A stretch of 60,000 nucleotides of DNA from Felis catus. Its lineage: Eukaryota. The first letter of the stretch is position 1. The number at the start of each line of letters is the position of its first letter. The stretch covers positions 187,180,001 through 187,240,000 of the forward strand of contig NC_058368.1 in NCBI RefSeq assembly GCF_018350175.1, in the 5' to 3' direction. Of the stretch, positions 35,101 through 46,810 are shown piece after piece. Made by a program: the position numbers and the translations under genes. Below the pieces are notes generated by a model that was not told the origin of the DNA, searched no databases, and worked only from the letters and a program-made list of their open reading frames with translations.

Positions 35101-36693
35101 GTGCCTAGGAAACAGAAAATCTTCCTTTTGCTGCGTGGGAAATTAGCGGCAATCACAGTATCTTTTATCTAGGATTATTGTCTTTGAGTATATACAGGAA
35201 GCAAGGTCGTGGGAAAAGAAAGATTCTAGCCTACCTGGTTATTGATTATTTCAAGCCGCATGCACACAATTTAAAACCCAGTTGCACCTGCTTTCACTGA
35301 AATACCAACACTATTGTTGTGTTTGCAAAGTGCCCATCTCCAGTTAGCAAGAGGAGGTGATGACTTACATTTTGAAGGTATCAGATGTTCAGACTACCTG
35401 ATTTTCCCAGAATGAGAATAGAAGTTGATCTCTCTCTTCATGTTTAGAATTTGGGAGTCATATCCTAAAACCGCCGGCACTTCCTACTGTTCTCTAAGAA
35501 TGCAGCTCAGAGAACATTTGTGAAATGCTGAAGTCTGGGTCTGACCTCCAGAGTGGGGCCTCGATGCCTCTGCAGTCATGGCAGTAATGTTAGTGGATGC
35601 TCAAGGACTCCAGAATTCCTGTTAACAAGCAAATCCTGGAGCAGGGACAGCAAACATGGGGGCTGAGTTACTGTTTTCAGATAGGAACAGAGGTAAGTAA
35701 ATAGGGGCAACGTTAGAATTTCCACTCTGGAAGAAGGTGTTTCTGAAAAGAAAATAATTTTCCTTTGGTGAGGATGGGAGGTGAAGAATGAAATATTTGC
35801 ATGAAGATGCTGAATAGAGATGATAGGAGAGGGCACAGGAAAGAGCAGACAGGTATTCCTTTTGGTACAGACCTACTGTTCTTATGCAGTCTATTGCCAT
35901 AAGTGTCTACAAAACATGTTCTGATATTTGGAAAGACTAGATTTACAAAGACCTCAGATGTTCACCCTTGCCTTACTGAGTTCAGTAAAATGTGGAGATG
36001 CAAATATCTTTCTAAAAAATGACTTTTATTTTCTTTGTGTACATTCAGTGAAAGATAACTGGACCTCATTTATGGATGACAAAGCTATTCTCTTATTATC
36101 AGGGTTAGAGCCTTGGAATAGGCTATCATGCTTACCTGTGCTTCTATCGTGAAACAATTTAAAGACTGAGGTGTTATTCAAAATATGAATTGTCATTTTA
36201 GGAGAGGCCTTGGAAAAAATCATAATATGGATTGATCCACCAGATACCAGGAAGGGCTTTTCTTATCGTGGAGGGTGCACTATATTTAATGGTGTCTATG
36301 CCTAGAATTCCATAAAAAGGTAGATAATAAGGAAAACTCAGAGAAAATAATTACAGCTTAAAAGGACCCAGAAAGGCAAGCTTAACCTTTTTTTTTTACA
36401 GATTTTTGAATCATAAATTTTTTATTTGTGAAAGAAACTCTAAGGATTATAATGTAAATTATTATAGATTGCTGAATTGATGGTTATTCTGTAGTCATAG
36501 AGTCTGGGGCCCTTCAGTGCCCAAAGCCAGCTGTGTTAATCTTCCTGCTACTTTATGGGTTTCCCGAGAAAATCCATGTACAAGAGTTAACAGTAAAAGG
36601 TATCCAAAGCACGACATTATTAATAGAGTTTGGGAATGTTGCAAAACTCTGATAGAAAGGTTAGATTGAATCACAGGATTCCCTGAGGGCTAA

Positions 36694-37037
36694 TTTTTTT
36701 TTAATTTTATTTTTTTTAATATAATTTATTGTCAAATTGGCTTCCATACAACACCCAGTGCTCATTCCAACAGGCGCCCTCCTCAATGCCCATCATCCAC
36801 TTTCCCCTCTTCCCTATCCCCCATTAATCCTCAGTTTGTTTTCTGTATTTAAGAGTCTCTTGTGGTTTGCCTCCCTCCCTCTCTGTTTATAACTATTTTA
36901 CCCCCCTTCCCTTCCCCCATGGTCTTCTGTTAAGTTTCCCAAGATCCACGTATGAGTGAAATTATATGGTATCTGTCTTTCTCTGACTGACTTATTTCAC
37001 CTAGCATAGTACCCTCCAGTTCCATCCACTTTGCTGC
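36694..37037 (-). mobile_element. 5'-truncated felid L1 (L1_Fc-like) 3' end
   Basis: Poly(T), then 'aatttattgtcaaattggcttccatacaacacccagtgctc' through the ORF2 C-terminus; highly similar to 18005-18385 but lacks ~60 bp; no TSD seen. Confidence 0.95.
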
Positions 37038-37824
37038 TTGACCTGGTCCTCCATCTCCTTTGCCCTCATCTAAATCTTGACCCAGTATTCCAAAACATGC
37101 CACTAGGAAAAAACAGGTGATCAGGTGCCAACAAGAGCCATGTCCACTTGCCCAACTAGGAGCACTGAATCAGAAAAGGAAGAGAGACTAGCAGACTCTT
37201 CCCTAGTGGCCAGGCCAGCCTACATATGTTTACCACACAGAAACAGAAAGACAGAAGTGCAAGAAAGAGACCAAAAGTTTTCAGGATATAATGACCTTGA
37301 CCACTAGTGACCTCTATGTCAATGCTTCGATCAGTCAGGTAAGCCTCCTTTCTTGCCTTGCAGAGGAATAAGGAAGACAATGGACAGAGCCAAAAGCTTT
37401 CTGTTGTAGGAAAGTGATTCTAGAGTGCAGGTGTTTCTGCCTCTATAGTAATAACAATGTCCATTACATAGTAAGTATATACTATGTGTTAGACGCTGTT
37501 CACGGGTCTTTATGTATATCATCTCATTTAATTTTCACTGAACCTCTTGTGATGATGGCATCATAATACCCATGTTACAGATGAGGAAACAGGCTTAGGA
37601 AGGTCAGGTTTCACCTACTTCAGCTGTCTACTTGGTGTGTACATACCCATGAATGGGTAGCCAACCACTGTTGACATAACAGAAAAGTCACTTTTACTAC
37701 CACCCAACTCTTAGGCAGCTTGGGTTCACCACCAGTAATTCTGAATACAATGAAATTCTCCCCTGCTATTGAAAATGTTGTCTCCCTACAGCCTACCACA
37801 CAGAACTATTTGTACCCTCTATAG

Positions 37825-38006
37825 CCTTGGCTCTCAACCATGCTGATTTTGCTCCCATAGACTTTTGACAACATCTGGAGACATTTCTCGTTGCCACACT
37901 TGGGAGCAGAGAGTGCCTGAGATACTGTAAACATCCTACAGTGCATAGGATAGCCCTCCACAGCAAAGAAATATCTGACCTAAGCTGCTGAGATGGAGAA
38001 ATCTTG
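37825..38006 (+). mobile_element. MER20 (hAT-Charlie)
   Basis: 'ggctctcaacc...tgattttgctccc...catctggagacattt...aaacatcctacagtgcatagga'; near 8-bp TSD CTCTATAG/CTCTGTGC. Confidence 0.85.
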
Positions 38007-38515
38007 CTCTGTGCCATACACAGTTGATTGAACTACTTTCTACATTTGACTTTAGATTTCTGGAGAGAGCAAAATGTCATTCTAGCCTCTCCACTTTTTG
38101 TATGTCCCATTCTCACCACACTGACTCTCCAGTCTTCTGTTACCTATTTGGTTTAATATTCCCCTTATCTAAAAATGGAGGCTTATATAACCCATTAAAC
38201 TGATAAAATACTAGTGAATGACAAAGCCAGCACTAGATCTAAGATTACCTAGTTCCTATTTCAACTATCTTCCAATTACACTATGTCTAATCTCCCATCC
38301 ATTCATTGGGAACAAAGCTGAGTAATACAGTATCTCTATTCTTACAAAGTTTATCCTCCAGTGAATGTTCACCCAATAATACACTCCCTATCCAGGTATG
38401 AATTATCCCCTCTTGCCTAATTTGGTCATGTCTATATTTAAAGCCAATAAAAAGATTCTAACAATACAGGCCTTCAAGGAAAGCATGACTATTTTCATGT
38501 CAAATATAAGCTTAT

Positions 38516-40080
38516 GCTTATAGATCAATAGAACAGAGTCCAGAAATGTACCGCATACATATAATCAATTGATTTAGACAAAGGTACCAAGGCAACACAA
38601 TGGGAAAAGAATAATCTTTTCAACACATGGGGCTAAAATAATTGGATAGTCATATGCAAAAAAAAAAATGAGTCTTAAACCTTCACAACATTGAAATAAA
38701 CTAAAAAATGATAAATCTAAATGTGAGATCTAAAATTACAAAACTTCTTGAAAAAAAAAACATGAGAGAAAATCTTAGTAACCTTGGGCTTGGCAAATGT
38801 TTCTTAAATATGACACAAAATCATGAAAAATAAAAGAAAAAAATCAATAATTCAGATTTCATAAAACCAAAAAGTTTGCACATGAAAAGACACTGTTACA
38901 AAAATAAAACAAGCTGTAGACGGGGAGAAAATATTTGTATGACATATATCTAACATAGGACTTATATCTAAATTATGTAAAGAACTCTATAATAATACCA
39001 GCAATCCATAAACAAAAAAAAATAGGGAAAAAATTTGAAAAGACATTTCTCCGAAAACAATTTGCAGATGGCAAAAAACACATGAAATATATGCAACATC
39101 TTTAGTCATTAAGGAAAGGGAAATTAAAATCACAATGAAATACCACTGCAGTCTATTAAAATGGTTAAAAATTAAGAAGACAAACCATACCACAAATTGT
39201 TAAGAATGTGGAGCAACTAGGATGCCTGGGTGGCTCAGTCAGTTAAGCATCTGACTCTTGATTTCAGCTCAGGTCATTATCTCATGGGGTTCATGAGTTT
39301 GAGCCCCATGTCAGCCTCTGCACTGAGAATGTGGAAATTGCTTGGGATTCTCTCCCTATCTCTCTTAAAAATGAAGTTTAAAAAAATGTGGAGTAACTAG
39401 AACTTTCATACACTGCTGGTGGGAATGAAAAATGGTAAAAATCACTTTGTATAGCACTCTAGAAGTTTCTTAAAATTTAATTATATAATTATATACCCAC
39501 TGAAACCCAATTATATTGAATTAATTATATCCCCACTATTTGACCTAGCAATTCCCCTCCTAAGTACCCCCCCCAAAAAAAAAGAAACCTATATCCACTC
39601 ATATAGACAAATGTTTAGGGGCAGCTTTATTTATACTAGCAAAAAACTGGAAACAGCCCAAACACTAATTTAATAAAAAAAAGTGTGTGGTATATACTAT
39701 ATGTACAACAAAAAGGAACAAATTACTGATACATACAAGAAAGAGGAATACTAAAACAGTTGTGCTGAGTGAGAGAAGCCAAACACACTCCTTACCCCAT
39801 CTCACCCCCAAAATACTATATGATTCCATTTATATAAAATTCTAAAAAATACAAATCTATAGGACAGAAAGGAAATCAGTCATTGCCTGGAGGAAAGGAG
39901 TGGTGAGGGACAGGAACTTATAATGGAAACTAGAAACTTTTTGGGTGATGGATATGTTCATTATCTTGATTGCAATGATGATTTCATGAATATATACTTA
40001 TGTCAAATTGATCAGATTGCACACTTTAAATACACATGGTTTATTATACATCAAATATACCTCAAAACTGTAGAAAAATG
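38516..40080 (+). mobile_element. Old L1M (L1MC/MD-like) 3' portion
   Basis: ORF2 3' relic ('gatcaatagaacagagtccagaa...') and 3'UTR 'gggtgatggatatgttcattatcttgattg...tatacctcaaaa'. Confidence 0.85.
39220..39384 (+). mobile_element. Short old Can-SINE nested in L1M
   Basis: Head GGATGCCTGGGTGGCTCAG; TSD AATGTGGAG(C/T)AACTAG on both sides. Confidence 0.93.
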
Positions 40081-41435
40081 AAATATAGTAAAATAAAGTA
40101 TGTCTGTGGCAATGAGAACAGGTTATGTCCTTTAGCTTTATTTTTGCATATGAGTGGATGCTGCCCAGTGGGGAACATCTGTTTCTATCCCTGTAGTGTT
40201 AACCACAGTGGTCATTCACGTGACTGCCTGCGGCCTCCTGACCTGGGTCATCTCTAGGAAGGTTCTGCTGTTGTAGTCATTCAGTGGTCAACCAGCCCAC
40301 AAAGAACTGAAACGGCAACAATTGCTTAGAAATTGCAAGTTGGTGACATCAATGGCCTTATCTTGGGTAATCTTCATCATTAAATATGGATTGAGTTACA
40401 CCAATCATTTCAGAGTCAAAGCCATAGCTTGGAGGTCATATGAGTCCCAATCTGCTAAAACAGTGTCTGAGCACATATTTCACTGCCATAGAACCTTGCA
40501 ATACATCATCCTAGAGTTTCATTTCAGATCTATATTTGTACCCCTGATTACATGTCTTTGAAAGCTTATTTGTTTTGACTTTCCATTGTCTCTTTCCTGT
40601 CAAGAAACCATAAAATCCTGAGCCACGTGAAGACCACAATTTGTCAAGACATTTATTTCCCAGCAACCTTCCTCTCAGGTATAGGTTAAATATGTGTTTG
40701 AGACTTGGGAATTTACATAGATGGTATTTGGAAAGATGATGATGTTCTTAGACAAATTTCTGTCACCTTCCCATCAGTTTTCTTTATGTCTGTATATATT
40801 AAACAGAAAGTGATCATAATTTATACTCTACATGACAGGCCTCCTACTGTAGTAGAAACTATCACAAACTTTGGACTCAAATCTGAATAATTTCTGTACA
40901 ATTTCCTAGCTGCATGACCTTAGGCAAGTTTTTTAATATTTGTGAACCTCAGTTTTCTCTTCTGTAAGGTGGGATGATGGTTGTAAAGGTTTAATAAGAA
41001 ATTTTCTTTAAAGAACTTTATATAAGAAGAAACCATAGTATAGTCATTCACATCATGGAATCTGAAGCTACACATGCTACATTTTAATTCTGACCTTGAC
41101 ACTTAACTTGCATTACTCTGTGCCTTGCTTTTCTTATCTGCAATATAGTCATAATAAGAGCACCTACCTCCTAAGGTTGTCATGTGGATTAAATCAATTA
41201 GTAAATATAAAACATTTATGACAGTACCTGGAATAAGATGAGGACTCAATAAATGTTAGCTGTCATCAGCATTATTATTGTACTTGTTATGACATGTGCT
41301 GCATAGTAGGTATGGGAAAATGGTAGGCATTGTTCATTTAAGACTGTCTCTTCTGGTTTTCAAAACAAATTCTGTTCCCTATAGCTATCTCTGAAGAAAT
41401 TCCAAGAAAACCCAAATGTTCATATCACAGTAGGA

Positions 41436-41438
<3 letters not shown>

Positions 41439-41490
<52 letters not shown>
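41439..41490. repeat. Compound (TC)22(TG)4 microsatellite
   Basis: Direct reading. Confidence 0.97.
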
Positions 41491-41491
<1 letters not shown>

Positions 41492-42196
41492 TGCTCAGCA
41501 AAGCAAATAGAATAATAACTAATGCGAGATTTTAATTATCATGTATGTCAGTGATGCTGCTTTGTAAATCAAAGTTAATTAATTCTGAGTACTTGCTACT
41601 TCTTCAATCCTTCTACCAGCTCAGGAGCAAGCGTGCTATTTTCTATGTAAACAACAAGAGTGCTTCTAGAAAAGGTGTTCAGAATAAGCAGGGTGCCATC
41701 TACACTATGCAGATTTTTAAGACAGGGAATTTAAACTTCCCATACCAAGTTACACTCAAAATATGTAGCCTAGAAGGCGGGGGGCAGGGGGGTGGGGTGG
41801 TGAGTGATGTTTCCTCACTGTAATGTTAGATAGAGCACAGCTTCCTCCAACAATTATCTTTAGGCTTATCCTTCAAAAAAATGTTCCAAATTTTTTGAAT
41901 CAATGATTTTGTCTTAACAGTCCCCTGTAGCACTCCTTAATATAATGGATTTGGTAATTTACTTGCTGCTATGTGAAATAGTACTTTCTTTTATTTGTCA
42001 AAATGCATGGTTTTCAAACTTATGTTTACTCACATTAAACCTTGTGTGGAAATGTAATTCACAAAGCAGAAAATAAGAGGAGCTGAAGGGTGTAGGTTGA
42101 GAAATGAAGCCAGTGGCCATCCCACCAAATCCCATACATACTCCTGTCCCCTATGGCTTCCCCTAAGTACTTTCAAGAAACTCGAAATGTTCTTTA

Positions 42197-42400
42197 TGTT
42201 TTTTAAGTTTATTTATTACTAAAAGAGCACAATCTGGGAAGGGACAGAAAGAGAGAGAGGGAGACACAAAATCTGAAGCAAGCTCTAGGCTCTGAGCTGC
42301 CAGCACAGAGCCTGATGCGGGGCTTGAACTCACCAATGATGAGATCATGACCTGAGCCCAAGTCAGCCGCTTAACCGGCTGAGCCACCCAGGTGCCCCCC
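42197..42400 (-). mobile_element. Older Can-SINE
   Basis: Reverse SINE; diverged TSD AAACTCGAAATGTTCTTTA / AAACCCTAAATGTTATTTA. Confidence 0.96.
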
Positions 42401-42420
42401 AAAACCCTAAATGTTATTTA

Positions 42421-42644
42421 TTTTTTTTTAATTTTTTTTCAACGTTTTTTATTTATTTTTGGGACAGAGAGAGACAGAGCATGAACGGGGGAGGGGCAGA
42501 GAGAGAGGGAGACACAGAATCGGAAACAGGCTCCAGGCTCCGAGCCATCAACCCAGAGCCCGACGCGGGGCTCGAACTCACGGACCGCGAGATCGTGACC
42601 TGGCTGAAGTCGGACGCTTAACCGACTGCGCCACCCAGGCGCCC
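42421..42644 (-). mobile_element. Very young Can-SINE (SINEC_Fc type)
   Basis: CpGs essentially intact; perfect TSD CCCTAAATGTTATTTA at 42405-42420 and 42645-42660. Confidence 0.98.
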
Positions 42645-42934
42645 CCCTAAATGTTATTTAGATCACACCTTGAAAGTTTCTACCCTAAGTAGAAAGTAAA
42701 TAACTTTCTTCATGCAATTTTCCAAAGAAGCTTCTTCATCATTGGATTTGTGTATTTCATGAAAAGCACACAATCCTTCTGACCTCTGTTTGTGCTTTTA
42801 TCTGTTTCAACCAGGTTGCCTTTAAATGGACTTCTTTCCAAAGCGAAAAATCCTAAATTTTTCAATAAATCAAAAATCCTTCTTCCTATCATCATTCTTC
42901 TAATCATCATAATTATTTTTAAAAAGGAGATATG

Positions 42935-43060
42935 CTGACATTTTCAAGACTCTTTAATCTGGAAAGACAGAAGCAAAAGTTTGGAATGATTAAAGCCCAT
43001 GAAATTATCATGGGACTGGAGAAGAGGAAGATGCATTTGACTGGCAAATTCTTCACTAAA
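42935..43060 (+). mobile_element. Ancient CR1/L3 LINE fragment
   Basis: Translation RLFNLERQKQKFGMIKAHEIIMGLEK resembles the CR1 ORF2 C-terminal motif LFSLEKRRLRGDxIxxYKIxxGLEK. Confidence 0.55.
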
Positions 43061-44065
43061 GGATATAAAGGGATTCTTCCTTGTAGCTTGACAATAAATA
43101 TCTACACAGAATGAGAATTTATTACTGAAGCAAATATAGATAAAAAATATAAGTTGCTTTGCCAAAAACTGGGCAAATAAAGGTGATAAAACTATAAATG
43201 TTTATTACTCATCAGACTTGGGATGGCAAATCTATGACATGTCCTTCCATCCTTACATCCAATGGCCAAGGAAGAGATCAATAATGATCTTGGCATAGGT
43301 ACAGCCTTGGAGTCCTTAACAACACAACATTCCAGGCAGCCACTGCCAATTAATTCATCAGCATTGGCCTATAATTTGAAGTCTTTCTGCCAATCCTAAT
43401 CAAGTTCAAACTGCAGATTTCACATATGGGAAAGCAGAGGCCCAGAGGGTAGACAATTTGCCCACCACCACAAAGCTAATAAATGGTAGATATCCATGTT
43501 TTTTCCCCAAATACAATACAATTCTGGGTCCATTACACTGAAGATGATAGAACATTTGTTGGACCCTGTTTGAGAATTCCTTTGTTCTTCCCCACATCCA
43601 AACAGAGAGAGCTAAAAGCTTCTCCTAGCCTTCTTTAGTCCTAAAGTTGTTCCATAGTGTTTATTTCCCTATAGATTTTCAAAATTGATGTCCCTAATGC
43701 TACATATGGGGTGCTTTCTTGTTAAGGCTTCACCTGGCCAGGTAGAACTGAGCTGGTATTTCTACTTTGCTACTTACTTGATGTACGATTTCCAGAATAC
43801 AATCTAACCTCCTTGGACCTCAGTTTCCTCACACATAGAATAAATAGCCTCTCACAGGGATGTTATGAGATTAAATCCAATACTAAATATAAAAATGCCC
43901 AGCACAGGGCCCAGAAGTTGGTAGGTAAAATATTTACCCATAAGAGTTTTCTTTTTTCATCTTCACTTCTTTCCTTTTCTCTTCTCCCAAATCTTGGTTC
44001 CACAAGCTCTTAACTCCTTGACCTTGGGCAAGGAGCTTAACTTTTCTGAGTCTTCACTTTTAAAA

Positions 44066-44271
44066 AACTTTTTTTTAACTTTTATTTATTATTGAGAGAC
44101 AGAGCATGAGCATGGGAGGGGCAGAGAGAGAGGGAGACACAGAATCTGAAGCAGACTCCAGACTCTGAGCTATCAGCACAGAACCCAACATGGGGCCCAA
44201 ACCCACGAACTGTGAGATCATGACCTGAGCTGAAGTTGGACACTTAACCGACTGAGTCACCCAGGCGCCCC
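44066..44271 (-). mobile_element. Can-SINE inserted in a MIR
   Basis: Reverse SINE; TSD TCTGAGTCTTCACTTTTAAAA at 44045-44065 and 44272-44292. Confidence 0.97.
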
Positions 44272-44473
44272 TCTGAGTCTTCACTTTTAAAATGAGGATC
44301 ACATTACTATTGACTATACTGAGTTGCTGTGCTGAGGTCAGTAGCAAACTCAATTCACAACATGGGTATAGACCCCATACAGAGAATCTTCTAGAAGATT
44401 GGACAATTTCCTTGCATATAAATGTCTAGCCTCAGAGGTTTTTTTCCATAAATGTTTATGTATAGCCAGTGGA

Positions 44474-44697
44474 GGGGCACCTGGGTGGCACAGTCGGTTA
44501 AGCGTCCGACTTCAGCCAGGTCACGATCTCGCGGTCCGTGAGTTCGAGCCCCGCGTCAGGCTCTGGGTTAATGGCTCGGAGCCTGGAGCCTGTTTCCGAT
44601 TCTGTGTCTCCCTCTCTCTCTGCCCCTCCCCCGTTCATGCTCTGTTTCTCTCTGTCCCAAAAATAAATAAAAAAAAAAAAAAACGTTGAAAAAAAAA
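44474..44697 (+). mobile_element. Young Can-SINE (SINEC_Fc type)
   Basis: CpG-rich; TSD TTATGTATAGCCAGTGGA at 44456-44473 and 44698-44715. Confidence 0.98.
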
Positions 44698-45744
44698 TTA
44701 TGTATAGCCAGTGGAGGTAGAATGCAAAGGAGGTGGCTACTGTCAGAAGTCCCAGTTCTCTCTTGAGAGGGAGTCCTTGCTTGGTGAGTAGGGATAGTCA
44801 TTGGATTTCAAGTTTGCACCTGGATTCTCATTGAGTATGTCATGAACTTGCTCTCTGACCTTTGGGAGGTCATTTAGCCTCTCTGGACTTCGGGGTAATC
44901 CACCATGCCCACCTGATAGCATTGATGACCAAAATAAGAAATGACCCAGGGAAATCTAAACGCTCTACAAATGAAAGGAATCCTATTTTTGTTCTTTCTC
45001 CTGGAGCAAAAAAATGGGAGTGAGGACAGGGAGTAGATCTGTCCCCTGAAGTTTGGATTGGCTCTAATTTATCTTTATTCTCCTGCATGCATGTACAAAT
45101 GTTTTTCTCTGTGAATGTCTTTTTTTTAAATAAAAATTGGAAATGTGGCTGTCCTACTTAGAGTCAAGAATGTCTATGAGCAGCCATCTTTAACTCCTAC
45201 ACATATAGGGAATTAGATACTGGGCCTATTAGATATAGCACACTGATCCTGGGCCTCAAAGAATCTTTTGATCTTTATAGTAAAGACTTCATGTTCAGAA
45301 AGTCCCTGAGTTGGTACATCTAATGACCTAGTTCATCTAGGACAAAAATGTGAAACATCTTTCCTTTTACCTGTTCCCTACTGCAGATGGACACATATGC
45401 ATGTGTACACACAAATACACACACACAGATACAGACACACACATTCCTTTCTCCAAACCTCTTGGGCCAAACATTTAGAATTCTTCCTGCCAAGCCTTTA
45501 TGAGACTCCAGAATGACAACCAAGAGGATGGCCCCAGTGACAGTGTCAGTTCTGATGAACCATTTTGACCAGCAGCAAAGAGTTTTCAGAATGGAATGAA
45601 AGCACTAGGTAATTGAGAATGAGTCCTTTGGGCTATTAGGTATCTAGCAAACAATAAGATAAATCCTCATCCCTTGCTAGTTATAAAAAAAAAAAAAGAT
45701 ATATTTTCCCCTACAAAGAAAGTGAAAGGACTAGACCATTATCA

Positions 45745-45758
45745 GTTACCATGGCAAC
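45745..45758. promoter_or_regulatory. RFX X-box motif GTTACCATGGCAAC
   Basis: Exact match to the palindromic consensus GTTRCCATGGYAAC in non-repeat sequence; binding not demonstrated. Confidence 0.55.
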
Positions 45759-46034
45759 TCAGATCCACTACGTGCTCAGTTCATCCTGTCACTACGGACT
45801 GGAGGAAAAAAAGAAAACAACACTAAGCTTCTCTCTGTTTTTTGTCAAATATTTTGAAGTGACATTTCATGGCATGAGCCTGAAACAACTTTTTCTCAGT
45901 GGAAAGGAAGGGAGAGCATGAGAGGGAAATAAAGGCGGAGCAGAGAGCCTGGGGATGCTAAGGATGTGTTTGAGAGGAACTAACTGTGGCCAGTGTAGTC
46001 AGTACCGATGAAACTGAGAAGGAAGAAAAAAAGT

Positions 46035-46810
46035 GATAAATATTTATTGAGTGTTCACCACATGCTTGGCATTGTGCTTAATAATGAATAGTCTGCAACC
46101 TCTCAGAATTCTCTCTGTAAGAGAAAGAACTAAACAAGCAATTATGATATAAAGGCAACTTGTTCCAGGTCAAAAGTACAGGGGGCAGTGGGAGTAGGTG
46201 GCATGTGGGCTGACACAGGTGTTGGGAGTGGGAAGTTGGGGGTATGCAGATATCCCACAGGAAATATCTAAGGAACTAATAGGGGAAGCCAGATGAAAAA
46301 GTCCTGGGCCATTGCTGATTAAAGGAGCAAAATATGCTGAAGCCCTGAGAGAGAAACCTGGGACCTGAAAGACAACAGGAAGCTCATTATGGCTGAAGTG
46401 GAGCATCAGAGGGCCAAAGAGGGAGGATGAACGTGGCTGGAGAAGTTAGCACAGGCTAAAATGCAACTTACAATAAGTCATATGCAAAGGTTTAGAATTT
46501 ACATGGAAAGCAATGAGGAGACATTATGGCATTTTAAGCAGGTTTGTAGCATAACGAGAATTGTGCTGACAGCAGAGTGGAGGGTGGTAATGGTGGAGGG
46601 AATGAGGGAGACATTCTCTAATGTCAAGAGTGTGGGTGGTGGCAGACAAGACTAGTGGCAGTGGAGAAATGTCCATGGATTCTAGAAATTCTATGAATTA
46701 GAACCAATAGAACTTATTGGAGATGAAAGAGGAAAGTGAAAAAGGAAGCCAGGTTGCTGGGAAATGGAGTAAAGGGTGGGATCATTTGCTAGGTGGAGGT
46801 CAGTGATGGA
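46035..46810 (-). mobile_element. L2 fragment
   Basis: 'aaatatttattgagtgttcacc...gcattgtgct' tail and purine-rich 'ggagacattatggcattttaagcagg' body. Confidence 0.7.
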
